Below, in pieces: positions 13,506-28,300 of a stretch of DNA of 64,000 bases. The position numbers and the translations under genes were made by a program. This DNA is from Patellaria atrata CBS 101060 (taxonomy: Eukaryota): the NCBI GenBank assembly GCA_010093705.1, contig MU006095.1, positions 744,001-808,000 of the forward strand, in the 5' to 3' direction. A model generated the notes under the pieces. The model saw only the letters and a program-made list of their open reading frames with translations. It was not told where the DNA came from and ran no database searches. Positions within the stretch are counted from its first letter, which is position 1; each line of letters opens with the position of its first letter.

Positions 13506-14525
13506 ATGGCAACCAGGAGCTTGTCGATCCGAATCCGGCCGAATGGCCGTCCTCGTGATATTAATGCGCCAAACGAACGTTTCGGAAAGATTCATCCTAA
13601 TCCAGATTGGATGCCAGGAAAAAGCAAACCACCGCCGAGCGTCGAAGGATGTAAGTAATCAGATAATGCTATCCAGTTCTAGATTCTGATGTTCTTAGAT
13701 ATTCAATTTCGACCAGCAGTTCTAGACGAAGACGTGAACGCGGATGTAAGCGCTGCGAAAGAAGAACTTACCCAACTGTGGAATGACTCGATCCCTACGG
13801 AGCATGCGAGGTTAGATCTGGACTTCAAGGTCTCCAACGGTCATGTTACATCTACCAGATCAACTAAGTCGGGTTCAACGAGGAGCAGTCACTCTTCGAA
13901 TAGCGGCTATGCGATGGATCTGGACGATCTATCTCAATCGTTGCGCGATACCAGCCTGGATGATTTGATGTATCAGCTTACAGGACGTGAATGTTCACTC
14001 AGTTCTAGCCGGAATGATGAGGCTCCTGTTTTAGTCAACGGTAAAAGAAGGGCATCCAGAGATCCTTTCCATACGATATCAGAGCCTGGCTCCAGAAGTC
14101 CAAACAAATTGCACAAGAAAAGAAGGCCGGTCGTGAGAGGTGTACAGAAGACTTCCCCATTCAAGCCGAGCAAGCACACGAGTGCTTTTGACACCATCCG
14201 GTCCATGTTTGCGGGTAAAGAGGCTTTTCCGCACAAGATAAGGGCATTCAGCGATAGTTGGACTCAACTAACGAAAGACGTCCCATTATCGAAAGCTATA
14301 GGAACAGTACCTGTCAAAGATGGCAAGAGGAAACGCTCTGGTTCGGTTCCACTAGGCAATTACTGCACCGAAGAATTGACCAGAGACGAGAAAGACATCA
14401 TGGGTCCTTTTCGAAGACACTATGGACACGCTCAGGTACAAGCACAGCATGGTACCATGAGAAAGGTGTGGGGAAGTCTAGGGAAGGTGGGCGGTGGTAA
14501 CTTGAAAGGAGGGTTGAGAACTTGA
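13506..14525 (+). CDS. Hypothetical Ser/Lys-rich protein
   Basis: ATG at 13506. Intron 13651-13698 (GTAAGT...TTAG) joins the two ORFs in frame. No recognisable domain. Confidence 0.6.
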
Positions 14526-14970
14526 ACTGGTACTATCCCATGTACGACTTCAACTATCATGTTCGATCGAAGTGACATGGTCAAAGCCGGATATTGGGTT
14601 TACAATTGTTCGGTCAGCTCTTATTGAAAAAGTTATTCTCTTACCTTGTGTAGTTTTCTACAACAGGTATCGTTTACACGATGTTTGGATTTCCGAATAG
14701 ATCCTACTTATGATATTCGATAGAGCTCACCGTTACTGATCTTCAGGCTTGTAGTACATATAAAACGAGTATGCACGTTTAATGCAGCTCGGAGCTTATA
14801 CCCATGCCAGGCCAGGATAGAATTAGATAGTCTCCTTGGCAGAGCCTGTATAACAACCAAAAACTTTCCGGTAAGCAGATGCGAGAGTACCGGGCTGCCC
14901 TTTGTCCACGCTTACACATCGATTTGTTTGCGCAATTGGGTCTGCAAGCATGCAACGCCTGCAGAAATGA

Positions 14971-16699
<1,729 letters not shown>

Positions 16700-17049
16700 A
16701 TATGAGACTCATTAATTAAAACTGGTATTGGGTACAGTGGAGTGATTTCTTCTGGCTCTTGCATTGGTGTGCGGAAATTAGATAGATCATACTGAAGACT
16801 ATTTCTTGTAATCACTGGATAATGAACGTACTCCAATTCTAAGGTACAATTGAAATTTTGTTGATATGATATGCTCCGATTACATTTTGTTCTTTCGGTC
16901 TCTCGGAAGCAATCGAGCAAATCCCGAGCTCCGAAGTTCATGGGAGTCCGCCAAGACAAATAACCTCGCTCAAAGCTCTCTATCCCAAGTAACATCCATC
17001 ATCGAACTCTCCATACCAACCTCATCTCCGCTCCTTTTTCCTTGTCGCC

Positions 17050-17981
17050 ATGTCTCTCTCGGCCTCCCGGACGGTGTTCCGGCGATCACATTTGCTCCTT
17101 CACCGCGGCGGCGCGCGCAATGCCTCGTCCGCGACCGAGACCGCGCAAGCGGCAAAGGAGAAGACCCAGCAGACCACGAGCCGGGCCAGCGAGGGCCTCA
17201 GCCGGGTGACGAGCTCAGCAAGCAGCGCGATTACGACGTATGGGAGTGCAGCTGGGAACGCGTTGGGTAGGATTGGTGGGAGGACTGGAAGGTTGATTGG
17301 GGCTGTTAATTGTGAGTTTTCTTTTATTATTAAAGCGATCTGACGGGATCAATTGGGTCAAATGATTATGGATGACCATTGTAGTCGCCATTGAGATTCA
17401 GACTGCCAGCAATTGAGGTTGTGATGCCGTCAGAATATGATACTAGAACAGTATGCTGGTCATTGCCCCGGGGTCCTCTTGTCCCATCATCGATTACTGC
17501 TCTGCTTGTGCAATGCATGCGTCAAGTATAATTACTAGGGGATTTTTAAACAGGTTGCTGACAATTGGTTTTCACTCTAGCTCTAATCCCGCCTACCATC
17601 TATTATTCGAAAGTTGCTCTCGAGCTTGGAAAGATTGTCGTCAAGCAACGAGGAATGGCTCCACCGTACGACAGCTACAAGTAAACATATCCGTATATAA
17701 GTTTTCTAATAGTTTTGCCTAGATCCACAGCACAATTTCAATCATATTGGCAACCCATCCTAAACGCTATCAGACACCCGGCATCGATCTCCTCTCGGAC
17801 ATCAAGCACAATTGGAGACGCACAATCCCTTCTGAGCCGTGCACGAAATCTTAATCGACAGGAGGCACTATCCGTGAGCATCATCCTCGCCGAGGTTATC
17901 GGTTTCTTCACTGTTGGCGAGATGATCGGCCGCCTAAAGATCGTTGGATATAGGGGCTCGACTGCGCATGGTCATCATTAA
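17050..17981 (+). CDS. ATP20: Mitochondrial ATP synthase subunit g
   Basis: Presequence-like N-terminus; introns 17312-17580 and 17666-17722. Motifs IYYSKVALELGK and AEVIGFFTVGEMIGRLKIVGY (GxxxG). Confidence 0.9.
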
Positions 17982-18402
17982 AGGGCGGTAACATCATGCA
18001 GTTGAAATATATGGAGGTGATACTTCTGTGACCAGTCCCTAGGATCTGAAGCGTAGGGGAAAAACGGCGGCGAAGGGATAATTTAAGCATGCTCGAGGAC
18101 AGCATGCTCTGTAGGTTCCCTATCTGTACTACTTGCACATACTTGCCCTTTAGATTTCATTTTCTACTTTTTTGTAAAACCAGGTAGCAATGCATTTTCT
18201 ATCTACTTTTAGGGAAAAAGAGGTCGATTCGGTTCGTATGTGTCTGATATTGTGCACGTGCCATCGAGAAGGCGGAGAAATTCTGCCAACCTCAAGCTCC
18301 GCAAAAAAGTTCCAACATAAAACTGTAAATTTGCGACACGAACCACTATGACTCTAAATAAGCAATAACGGCATAGGTTTGGCCTGAAATCAGAAAATTC
18401 CC

Positions 18403-20751
18403 ATGGATATTTTTAGGATCCTCTCCCGCTCTACGAAATTCTCAAAAGGCGCGAAGGGCGCATCGAACAACATCCAAACACCGAAGCTCCCCTCAAGCGG
18501 CGAACCGAATAATCCACAGCTCTTTGGGCGCGATGAAGCACATACCAAATCGCAAGATGGAGTACAACAGGTTAACAGAGGTAAGAAACGAAAGAGGATT
18601 CACAATGATGGAGTAGAGAAGACTACCCTACCACCGGAGCTGGACTTTTTTGGAACCCACGGAGGTGGAGAGAAGGTCGCGGGGGGCGAGACGGTATCCA
18701 AGGGAAAAAGCACGGAGAAACCGAGTCAAGTTAAGCAACTAAGAAACGGCGGTGAGGCTCACTTGACAGAGGAGGAGAGACTAAGCGAGCAAGAGTGTAG
18801 AAAAGTGCTTCAGTTGCACAAGATCAAGGTTACAATGTTAGAAGTAAATCGGGAGTCGGAAGAAAAACCGTCGAAGAAAAGGAAGAGGAGAAAGGAATCG
18901 GAAGAGGACCCAAAAAAGAAGAACGCTCGACAGTTGTACCCACAGCCGCTGACCTCCTTCGAGCAGTTAGTGAGTGTGTACAATATCCCACGCAGACTTG
19001 CGGAGAATGTGACGACGCAGGGGTATAAGGTCCCGACAGAGGTTCAATTGGCATCTTTACCGTTGTTGTTGGATGTGCAGAATGCGCTGAAACCTCGAGT
19101 TAAAAACGCTTCCGACTTTAGGAGAAATAGCATTTTCGTTCCAGGGGATGTAGATTTATTGACAATAGCTCCTACTGGGAGTGGGAAGACTATTGCGTTC
19201 TTGATTCCCATCATAACTAAGATATGGCAAAAGAATAGGCTGAGAAAGAGCGAGGCTGAGAAGGAAACCGGATCAGCTGGCCCTAGAGCTATCATTCTAG
19301 CTCCTACGAAAGAGCTCGCTAGTCAAATTACGAATGAAGGGAGGAAGCTCGCTCCTCGTACTGGTATTAAGGTCACGCTGATGCGGAAAGGGATGGAGCT
19401 CGTCCCTCGCTCCATAGTTAACAATGGCGACAACGGTGACGGGGCCATCTCTAACATGTCTGGGTCTGAGCAAGAGGATGAAAATGAGAGTGAGAAAAGT
19501 CATGCTAGTGTACCAATCATTAATGTGCATGGAGAGGAATTTAACGATCAAAACTTAGTAAAATCTCATGTTCTCGTTGCTACACCGCTTACCCTCTTGC
19601 ACGCCTTACAGGATGGTGAAGATGGACCGGTTTTGCCTCTTCCGACGGTTGATTACCTCGTTCTCGATGAAGCTGACGTTCTGCTCGATCCCCTTTTCCG
19701 AGACCAGAGTCTAGCTATCTGGAACGCTTGCACGAATGTTGACCTTCGTACGAGTTTATGGTCCGCCACCATGGGTTCCAGCATCGAAGACATAGTAAAG
19801 AAAACTATCCGGAAGAACCTTTCTAGGTCCCAACTCGAATCCCAACCCTCCCTCCTCCGTCTCATCGTCGGCCTTAAAGACACCGCGCTCCCCAATATCA
19901 CTCACAAACTCACTTACTGCGGCACCGAAGCTGGCAAGCTCCTCGCACTCCGTCAAATCCTCCGCCCGACCTCAACCCCATCCTCCTCCGAATCCACTCT
20001 CGTGCCCCCCTTTCTCATCTTCACCCAAACAATTCCTCGGGCCCAGGCCCTCTACTCCGAGCTCCTATACGACATCCCAGCGACAGCCGGAGGCAGCTCC
20101 CGCATCGCGGTCCTGCATTCCAACCTCTCGGACAGCCAGCGCGCGGACATCATGGCGCGTTTTCGCCGCGCTGAGTTGTGGATACTCGTCACGACGGACC
20201 TGCTAGCTCGGGGCGTGGACTTCCGCGGCGTTAATGGTGTAGTGAACTTCGACGTCCCGACCAGCGCAGCTGCGTACGTGCACCGAGTCGGCCGCACAGG
20301 GCGAGCTGGCCGCGAGGGTGGTGTCGCAGTCACACTGTACACGGAGATTGATATCCCTGTCGTCAAAGCCGTTGCGAACGTCATTGCGGCGAGTGAGAAA
20401 GCACGGGGCAAGGAAGGAGCAGAGAGGCAGAGCGTGCCGAAGTGGTTGTTAGATGCGCTACCGACGCCGACGAAGAGGGAGAAGCAGAGGTTGAAGAAGA
20501 GGGGTGTGGAGGCGAGGAGGGAGGGTAAAGGTGGGGACGAGAAGGATGTGAGGCAGAGGAAGAGGGCGAGGATTAGTACGAAGAGTGGGTATGAGAGACA
20601 GTTGGAGGAACGGAGGAGGGCTGCGAAGGAGGGGTCGAGGAGGAGGAGGAGGATGGGGGTGGATTTGGAGAGGCATGGTGAGTTGGAAGATAGGAGGGTT
20701 GGAGGGGATGAAGAGGATGAAGAGGATGAGTTTATGGGATTTGCCGATTGA
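18403..20751 (+). CDS. ROK1: DEAD-box RNA helicase Rok1 (18S rRNA biogenesis)
   Basis: Intronless ORF. MDIFRILSRS start, LPPELDFF, APTGSGKT, DEAD, SAT, RGVDF, HRVGRTGRAG and RISTKSGYERQ tail. Confidence 0.9.
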   Translation: MDIFRILSRSTKFSKGAKGASNNIQTPKLPSSGEPNNPQLFGRDEAHTKSQDGVQQVNRGKKRKRIHNDGVEKTTLPPELDFFGTHGGGEKVAGGETVSKGKSTEKPSQVKQLRNGGEAHLTEEERLSEQECRKVLQLHKIKVTMLEVNRESEEKPSKKRKRRKESEEDPKKKNARQLYPQPLTSFEQLVSVYNIPRRLAENVTTQGYKVPTEVQLASLPLLLDVQNALKPRVKNASDFRRNSIFVPGDVDLLTIAPTGSGKTIAFLIPIITKIWQKNRLRKSEAEKETGSAGPRAIILAPTKELASQITNEGRKLAPRTGIKVTLMRKGMELVPRSIVNNGDNGDGAISNMSGSEQEDENESEKSHASVPIINVHGEEFNDQNLVKSHVLVATPLTLLHALQDGEDGPVLPLPTVDYLVLDEADVLLDPLFRDQSLAIWNACTNVDLRTSLWSATMGSSIEDIVKKTIRKNLSRSQLESQPSLLRLIVGLKDTALPNITHKLTYCGTEAGKLLALRQILRPTSTPSSSESTLVPPFLIFTQTIPRAQALYSELLYDIPATAGGSSRIAVLHSNLSDSQRADIMARFRRAELWILVTTDLLARGVDFRGVNGVVNFDVPTSAAAYVHRVGRTGRAGREGGVAVTLYTEIDIPVVKAVANVIAASEKARGKEGAERQSVPKWLLDALPTPTKREKQRLKKRGVEARREGKGGDEKDVRQRKRARISTKSGYERQLEERRRAAKEGSRRRRRMGVDLERHGELEDRRVGGDEEDEEDEFMGFAD

Positions 20752-20776
20752 GTTTATGGGGTTTGCCGATTGAGTT
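20728..20776 (+). repeat. 22-bp tandem duplication covering the ROK1 stop codon
   Basis: gagtttatgggatttgccgatt followed by gagtttatggggtttgccgatt and then gagtt; one mismatch between copies. Confidence 0.9.
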
Positions 20777-21963
20777 GTCAATGAGCTGTTGACATAAATT
20801 TACACGAATATAGTCACTTAGCTATACTTGTCCTGTACTGTACATTACAGCGCGTATCACCTCAGTATCACACATATAAAATACCCGCCCATCAGAGTTA
20901 TAAAACTCCTGATTCATGCAGTATAATAAAGTACAGAGTACCCGACGGTTTAAATAAGCATCTCGGCGCTTCCATTGCATTACGTTACACGACGTACGCA
21001 CCGGCCCCCGCTGCCCGTGCAGATAATTCTCCGCGGGCAAGAGACAAGTACAAAAAGTGGCAGTTTCCGCCACAGTTCAGCTTGCAGTCCGGGCATATTA
21101 AACTCTATTAGGTACAACCTTACGTTCTTGTAACTGTACATACCTTACAGTTTTTTTATTTTCAAGCCGGGTGGGGGGGAAGCTTCAACTTGCATCACCC
21201 TTTTCCACCTTAGGGGGCCAAACTCAACCATCAAACTCACGGACTATATAAGAATTAAAGAGCCTCTACCTTAGAAACTACGCCGTACACGTACATATCC
21301 CGGCTCCCCCCGTTCTATCCCAAATCGACATTGTCTCTTTTCGACATTTCCTGCACAGAATCCGATTTTGGTACCGCTCTAACCCCAAGTTTACTTAAGA
21401 GGACGGGATGTTGCCCCTCTTGGCGATTGTGCTGTGCGGCGTCATCATCTTGAAGATTGGCTGCTTGGTCGCTGTCATAGGGTATCTGAACGATTTCTGA
21501 GCAGTTCGTGGATTTGGGCGTTTACTTTGTGAGGTCGTGGAAAGAGCTTCGGGTTTTGGAGGTAGAGGTGTTGAGGTGCTGAGGGGTTGACTGAACTGTT
21601 GACGCAAGCGGGGTGGGCGATGGTGTGAGGTGAGTACAGTAACGTTCATAACCCCTCCTTCGAGACTTTTCGGTCTCATTCGGTTTCCTATGAGGCGTAC
21701 TGTACATGTCCATTATAGGGCGCGCGGGAACGAGGTACTGACACGAGTATAGAAACTGCGCAACGGGACTCGAAAATTGACGATCTGAGGAGTGAGAATT
21801 CGGGGGTTTGCACTCCAGTCCTACCATTTGACGTCCATCCCGACTCCGGGGCCGGAAAGAAACAGCTGTCTGTACGGTGCAGCACCCAGCAGCATATCAG
21901 ACATCCTCTGACCAGCCATCCTCTCTGCCATATCCATCCGTATATCACATCAATCACGTCAAC

Positions 21964-23529
21964 ATGTCCCAATCCTCCGCCTCCCCCCCTCCTCCCCCAA
22001 CCACAAACTTCACCTCCCTCCCCATACTCCCCCTCTCCCACGCGCTCTCTCCCGACACGAAACCAGAGTTCCTCTCCAGGCTACGCGATGCCCTCATGAA
22101 CGTCGGCTTCCTGTACCTTTCCAAGACCGGATTGCCGGAGCAGCTGATCGAGGATGTGGTCCGGGAGTGCAAGGCGTTCTTTGAGGAGTTGCCACTGGAG
22201 GAGAAGGAGAGGATCGAGATGAAGAATGAGAGGTCTTTCTTGGGTTGGAGTCGGGTGAGTAGTTAAATTTCTTTTTTATAAAATCATATGTTTGTTAAGC
22301 TTCATGAGTTGGTGGTATTACAATATCGTAAATATCTTTCAACTAAAATTATTTTGTGTTAAGCCTCATTTCTTTCATGAGATTCTTTCGTTCTTTATAC
22401 ACACCTATTCCTTTAACTTTCTACAAGATCCCATATATCTACAATCCCTTTTATACAGTCCATACACGCGGTCCCAAAATAAGGAACAAAGTCTGCCGCC
22501 CACATGACTCATCAAACCCTTTTATACTCCGTACAAAATTCCAATATACACAAACCCACCTAGATATAACGACACCCTCATTACTCCGCTCTAGTCCACA
22601 CACTTCTAATCCTTCCTTCGAACAGATCGACAACGAAACTACAGCCCACAACCCCGACCACCGCGAACAACTGGACCTCTCAACCCCCCACCCGATCCCC
22701 GGGCCAGAAGCACCCATCTACCACAACCTCCTCGCGCCCAACCAGTGGCCCTCCCCCTCGCACCTCCCCTCCTTCCGCCCCGCATTTGAAGCCTACATGA
22801 CGCACATGTCCCGCATAAGCACGCTCTTCACCTCCCTGATCGCCGAAGCCATCGGCCTCCCGTCAACAGCATTCACCCGCTTCTTCGACTCCGACCAGCA
22901 GCACAAGCTGAAGATCGTAAAGTACCCCGAAACCGCCCCCGACGTGGATGAGGCCGACGAAGTCGCGAGACAGGGCGTCGGGCCGCACAAGGACTCAATG
23001 CTGACGAGTTACCTGCTGCAAGCCTCGCCGCAGAAAGGGTTGCAGGTCCAGAATATCGCCGGAGACTGGATCGACGCCACGCCCGTCCCCGGAACCCTCG
23101 TCGTCGCCATCGGTCAGGGCCTCGAGGCGCTGACGGGCGGCGTGTGCGCGAGCACGACGCATCGCGTGCTGAGCCCCGCCCGCGGAGAGGGGCCTCGGTA
23201 TAGCATCCCGTTTTTTCAGGGGGTGAGCTACGACGCCAAGTTCGAGGAGATGGATGTGCCTGAGAGCGTGAAGAGGCTCAGGGACGGGGTGAGGGAGAGA
23301 TATGGTGGGCGGAGGGACGATGTGGAGTTTACGTTTGTGAAGGGCCGGTGGGGACATCTGGGAGAAGCGACGTTGATGAATAGGGTCAGGAGTCATCCGG
23401 ATGTTGGGGAGAGATGGGTAGGTTCTCGTTGTTTCGATAAGGCCGTTTGGGATAGAGCTGATGTGTTTGTAGTATCCGGACCTCCTGGCTAAGATTCGCG
23501 AGCAGCAGGCGGTTGACGCGAGAGGTTAG
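21964..23529 (+). CDS. 2OG-Fe(II) dioxygenase, isopenicillin-N-synthase-like (DIOX_N) family
   Basis: LRDALMNVGFLYL, LKIVKYP, GVGPHKD (HxD), STTHRV and RYSIPFF (RxS). Introns 22255-22625 and 23418-23472. Confidence 0.9.
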
Positions 23530-24103
23530 CAGAACGGGGTAAAGGTGGCTTGTATTGGCTGTATGTGTCGTGCGTGTAACTCCTATTCACTGTTGTTGAG
23601 GATGCGGGAGACAGCCTGGGAAATGATGAAAGTAATATAGTCCCGGAGGGTATCCAATACCGCACTGAATTCGTCATTCACATCGAGCAAGATTTGGTCG
23701 ACTGGCCATCTAACAGCTCAATCGATAGCGTTCGCGGTCCATTGAGTCCCACTATCGATTTCTTGAAATGCTAGTTTATGATCCATCTTTACTTTATATT
23801 CTGAAATCGTAGGAGAAGTGTATCGCTCTCAGATCTCGGGTAAAAGCTGACAAGTTGTGTCGGGGGTCGACTGTAAACTGCGCTGGCGCACCATCAGCAG
23901 TCAAAGTGACGATGCGGATTTGTGCTGGGCGGGTTGAAAGTTCGTATTCAAACCGAATGTGGTGACCGTGGCGTGAGGCTGCCAAGTTCCAGAACCCCTT
24001 AAGCTCCATAGTTTTGTCCTACCCTCTGAAGCATCTCTATACTGGTGAGGCTGAGGACGTCCTTCCAGGCCAAGGTAGTTTCGGATTTGAGAACCCGGTG
24101 TTG

Positions 24104-25393
24104 TCAGCCCTCGTGCTTCATGCTGGGATGCATGTTGTACATCAGCCCCTGGTTCTCCATCTGGCCTCCTCCCATCTGACCTCCACGCATCATCTGCATG
24201 CTTTCCGCGGCCTGCTGATGAGGGTGCTGCTGATGCTGCTGATGCTGATGCTGATGCGGAGCGTGTGGAGCTGCGGTCATGTATCCTTGCGGTTGGGCTT
24301 GCGGAAACGCTGGGAAAGATGGAGTTGCCATAGGAGTAGCTAAGTGAGTGGATCTGTAGTCCGTGGGGTGTCCTGCGGCGTTCGAAACGGAAGGGTACGC
24401 GGTTTGGCCATTGGAGACGGAGGGGTAGGTTGGAGGTCCGTTGGAAACGGGTGGATATCCTATTTGCTGTTGGGCTTCGGGTTGATACTGTACAGGCCCT
24501 ACAGGCCGCCCGCTAGAATCTAGCATGTACGGATACATGGTGTCGACGCCCTGTGAACTGACTTCTGGGTCCATTGGTCTATGAGTGATCCATCTCACGG
24601 TGCTTTGAGACGTTGCGGCCGCGTCTACGGATGGCGCATCCATTGTTGCTGAGCTTGCTGGGCTATAGCCGCCGTGGCTTTGCCAGTGTTCTTGCTGTCT
24701 CGACACGGCGGATTGCTGAGGTTGTCCACCCACTGAAGGGATGTTTTGCGCGGTTGGTGTGTTCGATGCTGTACGCGACTGGGTCATCATCTGCATCCTT
24801 TCTGCCGGAGAAGGTGCCCTGACAGAAGGGAGGATGCCAGTGTCCGCCCTCAATCCTAACGCTTTGCGCCGCGAAGATTAGTCCAAAGTTTCATTTTGGG
24901 ATGGGATAGCCGTTGAGCGTATCTGAAAGATGACATTTGTGGGGACGCCACCGACGTTCAGTCGGTCCGAAAGGGTCAAATCCGACATACCTGTACTTCC
25001 TTCCACTCCAATCGCTGCAACTGCATGGCTAAGACGACTTCGTAGCATAGCATTCTCCTGTTCCAACTCCTCGACGCGCTGGAGTGCGTCCAGAAGCTTT
25101 ACTGAAGAGTCTTGTCCCGAAGTAAGCTCTTGGATGCGTCGTTCTAAGGACTCAATATGATCTTTCGTCCGTTGGCGAATTGCTCTTTGTGCCTCGCGAT
25201 CATTAGCTCGTTTACGCTCCAGTTGAGCAGCGGTCAAAGTGGATACGCTTCTAGTCCCAGCTCTTGAAGGCCTTCTTTTGGCACCCGGAAGGCTCGCCTT
25301 AGGCTTCGATTCGGATTCGGACGAGTAAGCTTCATTTGATGACGCTGCCTTCTTTAGACTGGCCATCTGAGGGCTTTGTTGGAAATTGCTCAT
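24104..25393 (-). CDS. bZIP transcription factor with Q/H-rich C-terminus
   Basis: Basic region QLERKRANDREAQRAIRQRTK followed by a leucine zipper. Intron 24990-24856 joins it in frame to the 249-aa ORF. The start could be a slightly upstream ATG. Confidence 0.85.
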
Positions 25394-28300
25394 CGGAGAA
25401 TAAGTCCTATGATGAAACGGGATTTCCTGAGGTCTTATTGAAATCATGGATGATCCGCAGTTGGCGGTCAGTAAAAGTGGGGGGGTTTTTCGTTTGGGAT
25501 AATGCAGGTTTTGCGGTCTGTGGTATAATCCTGGGATGTAACTTGGGGGCCTCAAGCGCGAAATATGGGAAAGAAAACAAATGTCAGACAAAGACGTCAG
25601 GTTTCTCAACTCCTTTGAATACTGTAGGCTACCGATCAGGAGAAATTATGTCCTGCAGTTGAACTCGTCTAGAAGACCTCAGTCTTTCTAGCTTAATGAA
25701 CCAAGCGGATACCAAATCAGGTGAGGCCAGAGCAGCGATTGAAGCCGTTAGTGTGTACCGGTATAGTAAAGGGAAGCCCAAGTGAAAGCCACCAGGTATT
25801 CTCGGGACCAACGACCCGGGATTACACGTGCGTATAGTCTATCTGCGGGGAAGCGGTTTCAGTTCGACCATGAAGGACAATGAATCAGCTCGAGAGCGGT
25901 TTGGGCATGGCCGAAAGTATGGTACAGTAGTGGTGTGTAAGACCGAAATGAACGGAAGATGGTGGTACCTCTTTCATGAGTTACGTTTGCTGGTAAAGAA
26001 AGTACTCTGCCAAGGTTGTAAAAGACTTTAAGGTTGTCTCTCAGTAATAACAAACCTACCAACCCAAAACAAAGACAGGGCTTTTAAAAAGACAATTGCA
26101 GCCTCGGCTTGGCAGTTGTAGTTGTATCTGTCGTCAATCCTTCGGCTCGACCATTGGTTCTGGTAGGGGGAGTGGGGATAAGGCGATACCTAGTACAGAA
26201 TGGAAAAACAGCCATTCCGTGATCCCCTAGGGGCTCAGACACAAAGCCACGCATACAAATACGTACAGATCAGTACCAAGTTTATATTTATCTTTTCAAG
26301 GTCCAATAACTTGTACTCCCACCGCCTAATTCTCCCTCGAAGTTTTGTTTCTCCTTTTGTTTTCCCCTATTCTAGTTCAAAATGCCGGCAGTCATAGCCG
26401 TTATGTCCGTGCAATTGAGTCGATATCAAAGGGTAACGCAATAGTACCCAGAGGCTGGGAAACGGAGAAAAAAGCTTCCACTGCCATGGTATATCCTAGC
26501 GTGCCATCCAAGGTAAAGGAGAGATCATACGGTTTGGTAGGCTTGCTAGGGCTTGCATGATGGCTTGGCCACGCTCTTCCATCGCCGCCATTTCGCTTGC
26601 ACTCACGCTTCCGCGACTTCAGCTCATCTCTTCGGGCAAAATGGAAAGAAATGGATAGTTTACCCTGCTTGCCATGCTCATGATGCTGGTGTCTGCACGT
26701 TTTGCCGTGCCAGCCGGACGCAGTAGGCCAAATTAGGACATTCACACGTGGCTACAGCATGAAGTTGGTCTGTTAACCTTGTTGACGACGTTTCCGTCAT
26801 TAAAGTTTAACAAGCGGAGATCGCCAGGTACGCAGGTAACGGTGATATCAGGATATCGCTTCATCATTCGCCGGTTTCGAGTTTTGCTAATTCAAGCTCT
26901 TTCTAGGGTTTTACACACCAGCAATTCGCAAAGAGATACCACGAGGTGCGGGACGGATCTCTGATACTATCCCGAGAGTATAGAGTTGATGTCGGTTTCA
27001 TAGTCTCTTACTCTCTTGAGACACAGCTTGCGAACTTGGCTTGCTATTCTATCGCGTGTCGCTTGGTGATTGTCAATTAAAGCACCTCAATCTTGTTATG
27101 TGGCTGGACTGGAAATGTTTTTCCCGAAGAAACCAGTTCTGAGTTCTGACCCGTGCTTTGAACTTGTGCGCGTGCAGTGCGCAGGGGCTTCGCTTGCAGC
27201 CGTTCCAGCATGTGGAATTTGTGGAGCGGAGCGGCGGAGCACGGTATGATGACAAAGTGGAAATACCGATGTAAATCCCGGGACCGATTGGCTAATAGGG
27301 CCTGCAAGCTGGAAATCCTCGATGTAATTTATATCGAACTGAAGATATCATGTGCTCGACTACAACAGTATCAGAGCAGGATAGATCCGATCCCACTGGC
27401 TCTTGCATCTGGAACTAACTGAGGGGTGGTAAGAGCATCTACACTCAATTTCTTTTAGTTACATCTTAAACAGATGTAAGCCGCGGCAGGCAGGATGGCA
27501 GCCAGCAGGTAGAGAGGTGTGTCAGAGATTAGGAGAGATGTGCTTGGAAATGATGCTACCTAGAACGGTAAATAGAATGTGTGAGGATATTGTTATTGAG
27601 AGGCTTCACACCTACCTCTAAACTAGACCTTTTATGAGTAACCAGTGGCCGAATTCCAGTCCGAGCCGAAGGGGTTTTATGAACTTATGATTTGAGATTG
27701 GCGGTTGAAAGAAAGCTCATTGGTATACGGGAATGAGCGAAGAGTAGCCGATAGTACGCTAAACTAGCATCGGTATTTGTCTATTTGAGGTTCAGAAACA
27801 TCCACCAGTGACCAGTCCAGTTAGTGTGATCCACTCTTTTTCTTACGCAAGGACCGTAAGGATGTCATTACAGAATACAGTACCTTACCGATGTCATACG
27901 GTACGGTACTGTACTTCTTTTTGCAGTAGATCACCTATTCACCCCATGGTTACTGAGCTCTGACGGTGTGAACTTTGAAGATGGACCTTGTTAGTTAGTG
28001 GAATAAAAAGATATGGTCCCCTATCAGCTCATCTGTGTATGGAGCCACGAGCATACCGTACTCCATATGTGTTTCAGAATCCCAGTAATCGTTTGACCAA
28101 GCGTATACCTTTTGGAACGAACTTTTTCGACGCGAGGACGTCAGCAGTCAGCATAAAAGTTTAAATCCTACACGAAAGCCCAACGGCTATTTTTCTGTTA
28201 CTAGTGAAAATGCTTGATTCCCGTACTCCTTCTAAATTCAGTATAAAGAGTTCAAGACGCAACCTCGCGATAAATTTAGGGGGGGCGTTTTCGCCCAAAG

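Noticed and set aside
14731..14740. Yap1 response element upstream of GLR1
   Set aside because: TTACTGA does not match the canonical TTA(C/G)TAA, and a single 7-mer is expected by chance.
21012..21073. Two short hairpins suggesting a structured ncRNA or riboswitch
   Set aside because: The stems are only 5-8 bp and there is no TPP-aptamer or snoRNA box consensus.
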